DNA of 59,317 nucleotides from Seison nebaliae (Eukaryota): NCBI GenBank assembly GCA_023231475.1, contig JALJEE010000106.1, positions 62,001 to 121,317 of the forward strand, read 5' to 3'. Shown piece by piece: positions 16,645 to 28,925 of this stretch (position 1 is its first letter; each line of letters starts with the position of its first letter). The notes under the pieces were generated by a model. It saw only the letters and a program-made list of their open reading frames with translations, ran no database searches and was not told where the DNA came from. The position numbers and the translations under genes were made by a program.

Positions 16645-19600
16645 TTATTGATTGAATGTGAAATGTTCTTTCATTTAAAAAATTTTTAAGTTCTTTCATT
16701 TGTGTCGTTTATTTTGTTTTCAAAACAAACCATTCGAGTGAGTTTCATTATCGGAAAATTTAAATATTTGCGCATCTAAAGGTATATATTTTGGTATTGA
16801 TGATGGACAAGTTTCATTTGCGGTTGGGATTGATACTGCATAGATGATGAAATGAAAGATAAATTTGGATTATGACCCTAACTTGATCTAAATGTTTGAT
16901 ATTGAACTGCGTTTCTTATTTTATGATACTTGTCCCCGAAATCATCATTAAAAAACTTATCACATTTGTCATATGAATTAGTCGTATTATTTACTGAAAT
17001 AATTTTCAATAAAGTATACTTCGAGAATTTTTGTACAATTTTCTGATCGGGACAATTCGTTTTAATCTTGTTCTTCTGTTCATCAGTTAATTTGAAATCG
17101 AATAAATAAAATCTGTTTTCTAATGTCTGATAATTTCGTAATTGTACTAATAAAATAATATAATAAAATTGAAAATTTCAAAAATAATTCCTCACTTTTT
17201 CGTTCATTATCATCCGCCAATTGATTCTTCAAGCCGTTATATCCAACACATTCTACACCGAAACCTGATAAAGAAGAAAGTGAAATGATAAGAAAAAACC
17301 GGAAAATTTTAGTTCGGTAAATTAACTTGCGTTACGTACGAGTTTAATCCCATAACGATAGTTATTAACCCACCGATACTTTTTCCCATAGATATGAATA
17401 TAAGTTTCATATATCTCATATTTAATGAGGAAGAATAATTTCAGTTGTTCATTCATCGTTAACGTTGCGTTTAATTCTACTAAATTTCTATCATTCGCTT
17501 TGATTATATATTCCACATCTTCATTGGTCAGAACAATTGTCTCCAATAACGTTCTTGACTCACTCGAAAATGACTCCAGAATCGATTTCGATAGATTATA
17601 CTTTTCATATAATACATATGATACTTTTTCAGCGATTTTATTCGCCACCTCTGTTATATTATCCGGATCACCAGACAAATAATATGGTTGTGCAATTTCG
17701 AGAGTAATGATATTACCTGTGAAAGTGATATTTTGTAATGATAGAAATGTTTGAGAATCACCGAACAAATCCATTTTCACTTCATGCGGTCCATTTTCAA
17801 AGGGATCTTTTCTCTCTACGATTTCTTTCCATGAACTGATTAATGTTTTGTCATTTATTTGATAATGATATAAGTATATATTGAACGTCTTAAAATTATG
17901 TCTTACGGTATTCGAATTATTCAACGGTTCTTTATTTTCATATAATTCTATACACCACAGTGGTCTCATCGTATTTCGCTTCGTCTGTTTTGATTTCAAA
18001 TTATTTTGTGGGAATCCTTCAACATTCAATTGTCCTAAAGAGATCGAAGGAATAAACCGATACTCTTTTTGAACGTTGTATAAGTTGTTGTTATATAACT
18101 TTGACAGGTCAACATTATTGGTGAATAGTTCCAAATAACAACCATTTTCAGTATATTTGATATATTGTAATGAGTTACTAAATAAACCGGATTTATTATT
18201 TTCGATATCGAAACAATTAGTTAAATTGGTTGAGATGATTGTTATATTATTATAAATCAGATATCCACTGGCTATTGGTGATGAATTAGGTTCAATCTTT
18301 CTCAATTTAGGCCCCTCAAATTTAAATGTTATATTGAATAAAGAAACTGAAAAATTATAAAGAAAATTATTTAAAAATTTCAAAAAAACGCCAAACTTAA
18401 AATTGTTTCAGACTTGTTGGGTTTGGGTTCACAATTTGCATTTAATTGAATTGTTAAATTTTGTTCATTGACAAAGAAATGATAAGCAATTAATTCACCA
18501 TCATTTCCCAATTCCTCACATGTCAATTCGGAAAATAATCTTGATACAACAATATCACGCATTTCAGGTGTTGTCATAAGATATTTGATGATATTCTTTC
18601 TGATTTTGATGAAAAAGACTAAATTACTTGAAGAGTTTGCTTTCGCCAACGGTATCAGTTCATCGATGACAGTTATCGTGTAATTCTTATAATTCTCTTT
18701 AAAACCATGAGCCGTATTAACAATGTTATCAAAAGCTGATTTGTAAATTGGTTTCTTGAGTTTTAGATAGAGATCCTTCCCAATTATTTCGATGGATGAT
18801 ATTAAATGTCTCCTGTTTAATTCGATGAAGAAAATTTTTCGAATTTTCTCCAGTGAACTATTTTTCCCACAAATAAACAATAGTGTTAATTAGATGGATT
18901 GATTAGAATGATTAAACTCGTCGGGCAAATTTCGAATAACAAAAGTCTTTTGATAATCTTTAAGATCGAGTGCTTCAGTAAAACCATATTTTTGTATTGG
19001 AGAATTCCGTTTTATATTCTTAAACGTAATTTTGTTTTCGAAAACCTGTTTGAATATCCTGTCGAATATATCATCGACATTCGTTGCCGTCTTGCTAGCA
19101 CCGGAAGATACAAATATGGTGAGAACAACGATGTCATTTCTTACTCTATTTCAACATCATATCAATCATGAAATTGACAAAAAGATGATAACTCAATATG
19201 CCTCAATTCAACCGCCATAATAAAATTATAATATGAATCGTCACTATCCGTTTCGTTTACCACATTCATTTCGTGAAATACCTAAAGAAATTCAAATGAA
19301 ATTTAATTATGGAAAAATTATTTAGGAAAACTTTTTCAGTAAATTCCGTTTCTTTACTTTTGACATAATCATAAATTTTTTTAGATTTCTCGACGATTTT
19401 TAGATTGGAAAAATTCGTGTTGTATTCATTCGTCAATTTTCCATTTATCATAATTGAATAAACTATTAATTTAGGATTATTTAAATTTAAATTTATTTGC
19501 AATTTCTTCTCGAACAATAAAATTCCCAACTGATATGTTCATTTTGTAATATTCGATAAGAATTCTTCTCAAACGACCATTCCACGTCGTTCATGCATTC

Positions 19601-22600
19601 CTCCGGTTTACATTTCGTCAAAATTTCTAAAAACTTTTAAAAAAGAAAACGAAAGTTTAACATAGTAAATAGAATTTTTATCGCTTCATTTTTCCATAAT
19701 GAAAATGAACTTTTATTGTAGTAATGTAATCTGTTCTTTCCTTCCCATTGTTTGTTGTATTTTGATAGTGGGTGAGAGGTAAAATAAGATTTGTTTCATC
19801 ATTATGTTGATAACAATCATAGAAAATTTTATAAAATTCGTTTGTTTCGATTACCTGTTTGAAAACCTGAAATAATATCATACAATATGAATACTGATGG
19901 AAAATTATAAATTTAAACATCATTACAAGTGAATTTTGCATTTTTTTTCTTAATAGCTTGAATGGAACGAGAATAAAGAACGAATAAATGGAAATTTTAA
20001 TAACTGTAAATTTTACAATATTTCAATTCTAAAAATGGAATTTGAAAATGAGAAAAAGAAGAAAAATAAACTATGTACATTGATGACGTCGATTGGTAAA
20101 GTGATTTTGGTATACTTTGCATGTTTATTCATGAAAGAAATGAATTCAGATTGACTTTTATTTGTATTTTCCCATAACTCATAAAGAGCGATCAAAACTG
20201 GATATGTTTCTTCTATGTTATCGCAAGTTAACGTGTAAAGATAAATATCCAATGTTTCATCGTCTATTTTGACTAATGGTTGGAAGTCGGCGAAGAATAA
20301 TTGTGAGTTAATCACTTCGATCTGATAAATATTTGATGAAGATGTTACACTATATTCAACTAACATTGTTGAGAAGAGTGTAAAATGAGATGTTACCCAT
20401 GGGATATATTCCACTAGTTAAATTGATAGATAATCCTAAAAATTTTTTTTAAATTCCTAATAAACAAAACTCCAACACTAACTACAACATTTTTTAACGT
20501 CGGCTATTTTCAAAAAAGAAGACGAAAAATTATCGTTGTCGACGGAAAGATATGAAGAAAATGAATAACTTATAGTTTCAGTCATATCATTTCTTATTTC
20601 TTTTTTAATCAGAATCTCGGCATTCTTAATGTATGGTTTGAAGACGACTAAAGGAGCTTTATCTGCTTCCATCTTATATAATTCGGGGAAGAACGCGATA
20701 TCGTTATCAATTGATGAGAATTCGACTTTGTTGTCAAACCATTCACATATTAAACGGTTCGTTTTCCTGGTGATGAACATATTTTTCAAACTTTGACAGA
20801 ATCGTTCTAATGAACTACTGATGAAAAGTTCGTTAAATTCTGAAGAAGGAGATAGAATTATAAATTTTAGTTAAAGGATCGAACCAAATTCGTAAATTAC
20901 TCGTGGCACTATTGGGGAAGAGATGCTTATGTCATTCAGATTTTGTAAAGAATAATTATCGTTCGATTCCAAGCTGTCCAAATTGATCACATCTGCCGAA
21001 CCGTCTCCATCCTCGTTTCGTGTGATGTTTGGACAATTTCTAAATTGTCCTCCATATGCTTCGAAATAATATGAATATATCAACACTCCATCAACTAAAT
21101 TGAATCTTTTTATTCAAACAAATAATTATGCAAATAAATAATAAGTTGATCACAATTAATTATTGAATGTAACCGATGTAGATTATCGAAAACTCTCCAA
21201 CAAAGTCCGTGATATTTATTCACAAAATCATTCAACGACGTAACGTTAAGTCTCGAAATGTTTATCTTATCAGCTATTATCGATAAAAATTATCAAATTA
21301 TCAAATTGCATATTATTAACGAAATGTTCTTAGAAAGAATTGATTGAATTGATCGAGCATACCATTTTTATCTTCAACAATATCTATCAATTTCCAAAAA
21401 AAGTAAGAAGTGATTAATTTCACTTTTGAACAAAAACAACTAACAAATTGGAAGACCAATGTTAAATTTACTAAAAAGAAAAAAATTTAATAGTTTGAAA
21501 AAAAAATTTAATTAAAATTATAATAAACTTCTTATCGATGACTGTGCAGATTTGATTGGAATTGTTGACAAGTATTTCATATGCTAGTAGAGATTTCATT
21601 CGAAATGTTTTCGTTGGTTGGAAATATTCGAAATCTTTGAAAAATATCATGCTACATGGCTCCAAATTAAGCATGATATCTAGTATTGTATATTTTTCTG
21701 GTCCTTCTATCTGAATTCGGATCGTTGAACTTTCATGAAAGTTTTTGATAAAAATTAAAAACTTTATAATAAAGTGCTAGATATATTGAATTGAAAATGT
21801 AATTTTAAAATAAATTAAATTAGAACTGGTCAGTTGCATACCGATGACATTGTCATCCGGCTTAAGAAAATCGCATTTACCAACCAAATCCGGCTCATAC
21901 GAATCTTTAGGAAATTGAATAAAAAAAATTAAATGGAAAGAGAAACCTTGAGAATTCTCTGAAATACTGATTGGTCGTTGATTTATTGGACGATAAGTTC
22001 GGGTATACGACAAAGTGAGTGGGTGGAACATTAAATCAGTTGATTTTGTATTATTGATTTTGGACTTAATTGTCGTGTTCGAATTGAATATACTTGTGAT
22101 ATAAATTACTCTGAAATTTTGTCAATTTAAAATATGAAATTTAAATTTACTAAACGTCTCACTACCGTTATTCTCTTCTTCACAAAACATATTCAACGGA
22201 GTAGTATCGAAAAGGAATTTCATAAGAACATTTTGACTCTAGAATTGAGAAGAGTTTTAAGAGAACGACTAAAAATAAATGCGAACACTTTCCGAACAAA
22301 TCGTTCTGGATACGTTTACTTTCTCGTAAATTAGACGATAAGTAAACTCTGAGAAAAATGTGAGAAGTAAATTCTTTAAATTTATTTTATGTCCTAACTT
22401 TCTAACGACTTTAAATTGTCCGATTTAACTAGAAGAATAATATAGAAAAATAAAAGAATAATTTAAAGTTTATTATATAATTAATTAACTTTCAGGTGTA
22501 ACATAAAAATTACTATATTGTCGTTTATATGCAGAAGGTAGAAATGTTTCTTCTAATGGTCTTTTAATTCCGAGATTGTTCGGAATCGAACTATTTCCAC

Positions 22601-25116
22601 TACCGAAAAATGTTAAGGTTAATTCCTTCCTAAATAATTGGAATTTAAAATAAAAAGAAAATTCTCTTCAAACTCCTCAGTTGCAATAGCGGAGAAATAT
22701 GGCATGAATAAATAAACATCGCAATCACATTGATTGAGTATGTTGATTATAATCTGACAAGTGAAATTAATTGAAAATTTGAAAAATTAATCATCAAATT
22801 TTTTAAACTTCATCTCGAGATTTCAAATCTCTATCAATACATTCGCTTTTGATTGTTACATTATGAGCTAAGAGTGAAATAAGAACATAAACAACTAAAT
22901 CAACAGCAACTAGAAGGTAATGAAAAAAAGAAAAACCATTCACTGGGAATATTTCGTAAGGAATGAACACTTCTTCTCCAAAACCGGTTTCACAATTAGA
23001 ATCGATTATCTCGTCACTTAAAGTAAATTCAATTACTCCTTTGTAGATCTCTAATACTTTAGGTAATTGTGAGCAATCTAAGATCAGATTGAACAATAAG
23101 TGAATTGAATCGATTTCAGGGATTTTTTGAACACCGATAAATTTATTTTTATCATCTCCCATACCATCATGTAACTTAAAAAAATTAAGGACAAAAATAA
23201 AAGAAAATGAAAACTTCTTTTAAGAAATTGAGTATTGTGTTCTCGGAAGTGAAATTGTCCCAACGAACATTACCGAAAACCGTTTCCATATCATTCTTCT
23301 TAATCTCCACAAAATATTTACAAACTAATTAAAATATTATCAAGAAAATAAAAAAAAATATTTTTCATCTTTTAAACAGATTAACGAAAGGAAACTTCTA
23401 TATCGCTCTTTCCGTGTACCTACACATATCCTTGGTGTTATTCCATAATCTTTGAAATTAAAACAGTTATTTAATCACGTCAATAAGAAGACTAAACTTA
23501 AGTTTGATGAATAATATGAATGTTGGTTTTGGTAATCATAAATATTCCTAACATCGTGGTAATATTGATTCTCCATTTTTTCGTCGTATTCTTCAAATAG
23601 GAATTTTTGGTCCAACAGATTTCCTTCCGTATTATATCCAACTATGTCAGTTTCTATATTGTAATTTGTATTTCTTATTATTTTCACAATTCCTTCCGCC
23701 CTAAAACATTCGAATATAGTTTTCAAAACGAAAAATTTAGAAACCTGTCAATAGATGTCAATAAATGGATTTTATCTTCATCTTCTTCTAACAAATCTCT
23801 CTCTAGTTTACAATATGATAGTTTACTTGGTGGTATGTTTTCGGTACGTCCCTCCTCGCAAATATTTTCATCCATACAGGTGGTATTCAAATGGAAACAA
23901 GCGTCCATTGCCATAAATATAATGCAAGCTGAATGCAAATTCTCAGAATTCTGTAATTCGCTAATATCTTTTACATATTCTCTACAATAATAAATTATAA
24001 TAATATAGATAATGCTTTTTGTAACCCGCGACTTTGCACAAATATACCTCCTAATTCATCTTTTGTACACGTTTTACAACTTTCCTCCGTACCTTTGTAT
24101 ATTTTTATATCTCTTTTACTTTCTGTATCTTTTGTTATCTGCCAGAACTTGCTCTCTTCCTCGTTCAATGAAAGCTTTCTCATAGTCCATTGGTCGTTAC
24201 TTCTCACATGCTTAACTCCCATTGTGTTCTGTGCAGACTCCTGCACTTAAATTTAGTGATTGAAATTAAAAGAAAATAATTGATTAATAATACATATGAT
24301 GATTGCTATTAAGAAAGCCAAACGCTCACTAAATTTCATTGGAACACCATCTTTTTTAAAAGACATTCCACAAATTTGATCAGATGATGAATGTGTTCTT
24401 CCATTAGAAAATGATTGAAAAGGTTGTGTTTGTGACTTTGGAATTTGTGCCACAATTTTTTTATTTTTATCTAGTTCAATTTCGATGTCGTCCGTGATTT
24501 GTTCGTATTCTTTTTTCGGCATCTTAATGTTCATCCGTCCACTTTCACTGTTCAACCTAAACTTTTGAATTGAAATTAAACTTGTTTGATTCTAATTCTA
24601 ATAACATGTACTACAGAAGAATATGAGGTTAATGTAATAATCATATAATTTATATGTTTGAATATAAAAATCCAACTGTTCGGGTACCAATCTTCTTCTC
24701 TTCCTCCGGCAACCAAGGGGGCCAATAGGCTAATCTGGCTTTAAAATGAATATGTGGAAATTGAATTCAAATAATGAAATTCAACTAGTTATTGTGGTAA
24801 ATTCAGAGTCATCTTCATCTTTTACTTCAGAACTGCCACCAGTTAAAACTGAAAAAATAATGAAACGTAATAAAATTTGAAGATTTTCAATTTAACAGAC
24901 TGTCGGTAATAAAACGGCTAGAATTATTAGAAAGATAATAAATATGATGATCCATATGCGGAGTCGTTTAATATATCTGGAATGACTGATTGGGGTGTTA
25001 TTGGGTCGTACCGGTCGATAAGGGGTATTCAAGTTCTCAGTTATTGTTCGTCGAGAAGTATTTGGCGAATTGTTCACCAACACTCGTCGACGTTCAGTTG
25101 TTTTATTGTTCCTCAT
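16645..25116 (-). CDS. Very large multi-exon putative type II membrane protein of unknown family (may be more than one gene)
   Basis: ATG 25116, short cytoplasmic N-terminus and TM helix IWIIIFIIFLIILAVLLPTV. Many same-strand ORF pieces are separated by ~50 nt GT..AG introns. Junctions checked at the 5' end, around 19.6 kb and at the 3' end are in frame; not all junctions were traced. Confidence 0.55.
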
Positions 25117-25479
25117 TCGTATGAAATTAAAATAGTTAGTTCATGGCGGAATGGATCAATATTTAAATTTTATAATTAATATGATGACGTCAATCTAGTC
25201 TGTATGTCATGGCATTATTGATTTGTTACGTTTGAAACGCATTATGAAATTAATGGACGTTAGCAAGTTTATTTTGTCGATTGATTACGGTAATTGGCGG
25301 GAGTGTGTTTCAAACTGATTTTTAATGTTTACATGTTAATTACTTAAGAAAATTGCTTAAGAAAATTGCTTAAATGTCAAGAAACTATCTATCTACTTTC
25401 TATATCAATTTCCATTTTGTTTTTCATATTCTATTTCAATTTCACTTTCTCCTTCTCTTTACTTTAATTTTCCGTTCTT

Positions 25480-25509
25480 TCTCTCTCTCTCTCTCTCTCT
25501 TCTCTCTCT
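25480..25509. repeat. (CT)n microsatellite
   Basis: Visible ctctct run. Confidence 0.85.
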
Positions 25510-25737
25510 ATGTCATCAATTGATAAATTGTCTATTGCATCACTGGTGGACAAATGCGTTTATGCATGTTACGTATTATCACACATTCTAATTACGATAT
25601 TATTCATTTATCTTTCACTCAAAATTTATTACTATAATTCGAGAGAAAACAAAGCACCGAGTACTACAGAGACGTCAATCATTCTACAGGAAATTCTTCG
25701 TCGTTATGGTTCTAATATTACTGATGATAGTGACTGA
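25510..25737 (+). CDS. Possible small single-pass membrane protein (75 aa)
   Basis: ATG-initiated ORF with a central hydrophobic stretch and a downstream AATAAA. No family recognised. Confidence 0.35.
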   Translation: MSSIDKLSIASLVDKCVYACYVLSHILITILFIYLSLKIYYYNSRENKAPSTTETSIILQEILRRYGSNITDDSD

Positions 25738-25833
25738 CAAATTAATTGTGAAATTTCTTTTTTTTCTTATTAATAAATATCATTCCCACTCGTCTCGAAT
25801 TAGCATCCTCCTCATTTTTTCTTTAACATTCAA

Positions 25834-26150
25834 ATGAAATTACTTATTTTTTCTCTTTTGTTATTTCTGCTTTTCTTTCCTTTCTTCTCTTCCGTTCCGA
25901 TACATCCACGATCTAAACGCTTTCTAGATACCATAAAAAAATTCTTAGGCTTAGGTTATTCCAAAGAATTTTGAATATAAAATTAATTCATTTAATTTTC
26001 ACGGTTTTATTTGAAGGTCCAAAACCCGGTGAAATGGAAAGTGGTAATGATGGTGATGAGGGACCTAAGACAGGTACTTCGATAGTAGTAAAACCAACTT
26101 TCGTTTTAAAAAGTCGACCCAAACTAATTGATGATCATTATAATAATTAA
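25834..26150 (+). CDS. Small secreted pre-pro-peptide (84 aa, 2 exons), not in the ORF track
   Basis: MKLLIFSLLLFLLFFPFFSS-VPIHPRSKR-FLDTIKKFLGLG-PKPGEMESGNDGDEGPKTGTSIVVKPTFVLKSRPKLIDDHYNN*. Intron 25955-26016 (GTTATT...TTGAAG). Confidence 0.7.
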
Positions 26151-26323
26151 TAGTACGTTAATAATCAGTTTTAATTAAGAATTTGAATTTGTTCAATTAA
26201 TTTTCTTATTCTAAAAATAAGTTAATTTCACTCGTTACATTTCATTGAAAAAAATAAAAAATTGGAAAATAAAAAATTTCATTTCATATGTAACAAAACA
26301 GTAATGATGATAAATAGGAGAAA

Positions 26324-27390
26324 TCATTTAGGGAAACTTAATCTCATCCGGACGGATGTTTGTTCAATATCCCCATGTTTTGGAGAATAAGTAATCGGAA
26401 CGATCTTTACAGGTTTCTCATCAGAAATATTCCAATTATCGTTTAATTGACATTTCATAATTGTTTTCATATTTTTGCTTTCCAATTTCGAAAGTGTTGA
26501 TGTCTCATCTTTTTTCGTTCTTCTCATTACTGTTTCAATTTCTCTTTTATCAATTTCCATCGAATTAATGTATTTGGGATATTTATCTAATATCGATGAA
26601 ATGAAATTCAGAAAATTAAAAAAATTTAACTTGTAAATTGAACGATCTTCTTTTTCTCATTTATCGATTGACCTGCCATCGATGTTGTTGTTATTGATGA
26701 TGATGATTGTGGTGCTGTTGCTGTGTGATTATAAGATTCATTGTCATTTTTGAATTTATTTAAAGATTTCATGATAAGAAGAGAATCTCCGATTGCATCT
26801 ATTCCCATTTCTTTTAACATATCTCTCGTCAATTCATTTGCCACTTCATTCGTAATTCGATGACTAGTGAATAATTCGGTGTAACGTTTTTTATCTTTCT
26901 TTCTCAAATGAATTAATTGGAAGAAATCTTTCCAATATTTAAATATCTCTTCATCTCTCTGACAATCCGAATCACAATCACTGTCATTCTCTTTCGCATA
27001 ACTCTCATTTTCCCTTTTATTATTTTCTATTGACTTTTTCGATTCATTTTCTCGAGAAATTTTATGACGATTATTTATTTGTTCACTTTCTTTCACTTCT
27101 TCACATCCGTCTTCATTGTCATTCTCATAATTCTGCGACGATTGATCTCGACGCTTCTTTGATGGTGAAATATCATTATTTAATCTCGTCACTCGTTTCC
27201 TTTGTTGATCCATATATAAATATTCATCTACCTTCTCGAAATCAGGACGAGACATTACTCGTCTCTTCGAATCTTTCCCTTTCATATAAGCCGTATTAAA
27301 TTTAACTTCATTCTGAGATTCTTTAGTCGATCGTTTAGTTGATCTTATTTCATCAATATGACGATGTCCCCTGGATTTGGAACGATCCAT
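26324..27390 (-). CDS. C19orf47-like protein with a SAM-like domain, 2 exons
   Basis: YWKDFF...YTELFTSHRITNEVANELTRDMLKEMGIDAIGDSLLIMK matches the recalled C19orf47 pattern. A GTT..TAG intron joins it to ORF 26324-26560. Confidence 0.7.
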
Positions 27391-27545
27391 TAAGAAAAAG
27401 AAATTAAAACTAAAAATTATTAAATAAAAGCTAAAAATTTTAATTTTATCTAATTTCCCAATTTTTCAAATTTTTTATTTTCCTTTTCTACAATCATTCA
27501 ATATCTCATTCGTTAAAGTGAAAGCTCTGAATCGTCGAAATTAAC

Positions 27546-27782
27546 ATGATTCAAGAATTACTTGGGAAAAATCTTCGAATTGATACAATTGACGATCGTT
27601 ATTTTATTGGAAGTCTTGCATCAATCGACTCAAATAGGAACATCGTTCTTCATAATACTACCGAGTATTTGACACCAGTCGATTTGACTAGATTCGTCGG
27701 ATCAGTTCTGATACCGAGTAATAGTATCAAAAGAATTCTTAAGGAGAAGAATGAACGTTACATATCATCACAATTTTACTGA
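27546..27782 (+). CDS. NAA38: Sm-fold protein, most like the NatC auxiliary subunit NAA38/LSMD1
   Basis: LLGKNLRIDTIDDRYFIGSLASIDSNRNIVLHNTTEY...RFVGSVLIPSNSIKRI shows Sm1 and Sm2 motifs with a NAA38-type pattern. Confidence 0.7.
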   Translation: MIQELLGKNLRIDTIDDRYFIGSLASIDSNRNIVLHNTTEYLTPVDLTRFVGSVLIPSNSIKRILKEKNERYISSQFY

Positions 27783-28188
27783 TCCATCTTTTCATATCGA
27801 TCTCATTCGATGTTCGAGGAGTGTCTACTTATCTTTAACTGTCAATTCGGTTATTCCAGATGAAAATATGGAACCATTACCACGATGTGGAATGTTACAA
27901 GTACAAGGTTTATCCACACCAATTAATTTCAAAGATTCACAACAAAAAAGTATTGGGAATGAAATCACGAAATTGTTCTCGAATCTTTTCCAGAAAACGT
28001 TTGGGAAAGAAATTCAATTGATCTTATATTCGAATTTGGAGAAGTTGGAAGATTTCTTCTCGAAAGAAAGTATCGAAATGGACATGTTAAAAGTGGAAGA
28101 TATACAGAAACTGGTCATGGTGGGCGAGAAATTATTCGAATCACTTAAAGACACCATCACACCAAAACATTCAGATATCCAAAAATAA
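27751..28188 (+). CDS. 145-aa protein resembling proteasome assembly chaperone 4 (PAC4/PSMG4)
   Basis: Intact ORF. The order FHIDLIRCSRSVYLSL...STPI...LFQKTFGKEIQLILYSNL parallels PAC4, but similarity is weak. Confidence 0.45.
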   Translation: MNVTYHHNFTDPSFHIDLIRCSRSVYLSLTVNSVIPDENMEPLPRCGMLQVQGLSTPINFKDSQQKSIGNEITKLFSNLFQKTFGKEIQLILYSNLEKLEDFFSKESIEMDMLKVEDIQKLVMVGEKLFESLKDTITPKHSDIQK

Positions 28189-28459
28189 ATTTTTACATTT
28201 AGTTCAAAAAAAATGTTGTTAATTAAAAAAATGAATTCAAATCAAATTTTATCTTCAACATACAATTAATAAATTAATATTTGTTAATTTAAAAAATATC
28301 TAATTTTTATTGTTAGGCTAAAGATTTAAAAAAACCACAAAAAAAACTGTTGAATTTATTCATTCTTATTCTATGAATAATATGATTAGGAAATCACAAA
28401 AAATTTATTATTTGATTTTCAAGCTGATATTAATTTTTCAGTTCAATTGTTACAGCAGA

Positions 28460-28660
28460 ATGTTATCAAAAAAAGTTCTTCAAATTGGTTCGAATGCCGT
28501 CGTCAAACGGACTTTTATGGCTAACTATGAGAGTGGGCCACCGCTAAGAAACCTCTCACGTGCAACAAGATATGGAGCATGGGCTCTAATGGGAATTGCA
28601 TTTTTCGGACCACCATACTGGATAATATCACATTTCCCTGAATATCGTAAACGAGATTAA
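28460..28660 (+). CDS. COX8: Cytochrome c oxidase subunit VIII (66 aa)
   Basis: Mitochondrial presequence-like N-terminus, SGPPxxxLS motif, TM helix and PYWIISHFPEYRKR tail typical of COX8. Confidence 0.85.
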   Translation: MLSKKVLQIGSNAVVKRTFMANYESGPPLRNLSRATRYGAWALMGIAFFGPPYWIISHFPEYRKRD

Positions 28661-28925
28661 TGAAGAATAATTTATCATTAGACAGAAATCATTCGAATGA
28701 ATAATACTATAGAAAATGTTGACATGTTTCGTTAAAAACAAAATAAATTTTCTTTTTTAAATTTTCTTATCATCTAACAAATTTTTCATTGTATTATTTC
28801 AATAGAAGAATGAGAATTTGAAAAAACGAAATTTTTTTTATTTTATTAAAAAAAAATTAAATTAATAAAATAAAATTTCAATTTTGAAAATTTCCAAAAA
28901 AAATTTATTTTCATCACAATTTATA

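Noticed and set aside
19590..19640. Apparent frameshift or gene break in the large membrane-protein gene
   Set aside because: On re-reading, the upstream AAG acceptor gives an open frame (FLEILTKCKPEECMND).
24606..24610. Possible 5-nt micro-exon TACAT flanked by AG and GTT
   Set aside because: The frame set by the upstream exons is preserved only if it is skipped.
28373..28459. N-terminal extension of the COX8 ORF
   Set aside because: AT-rich and intron/UTR-like; the family-typical start is Met 28460.
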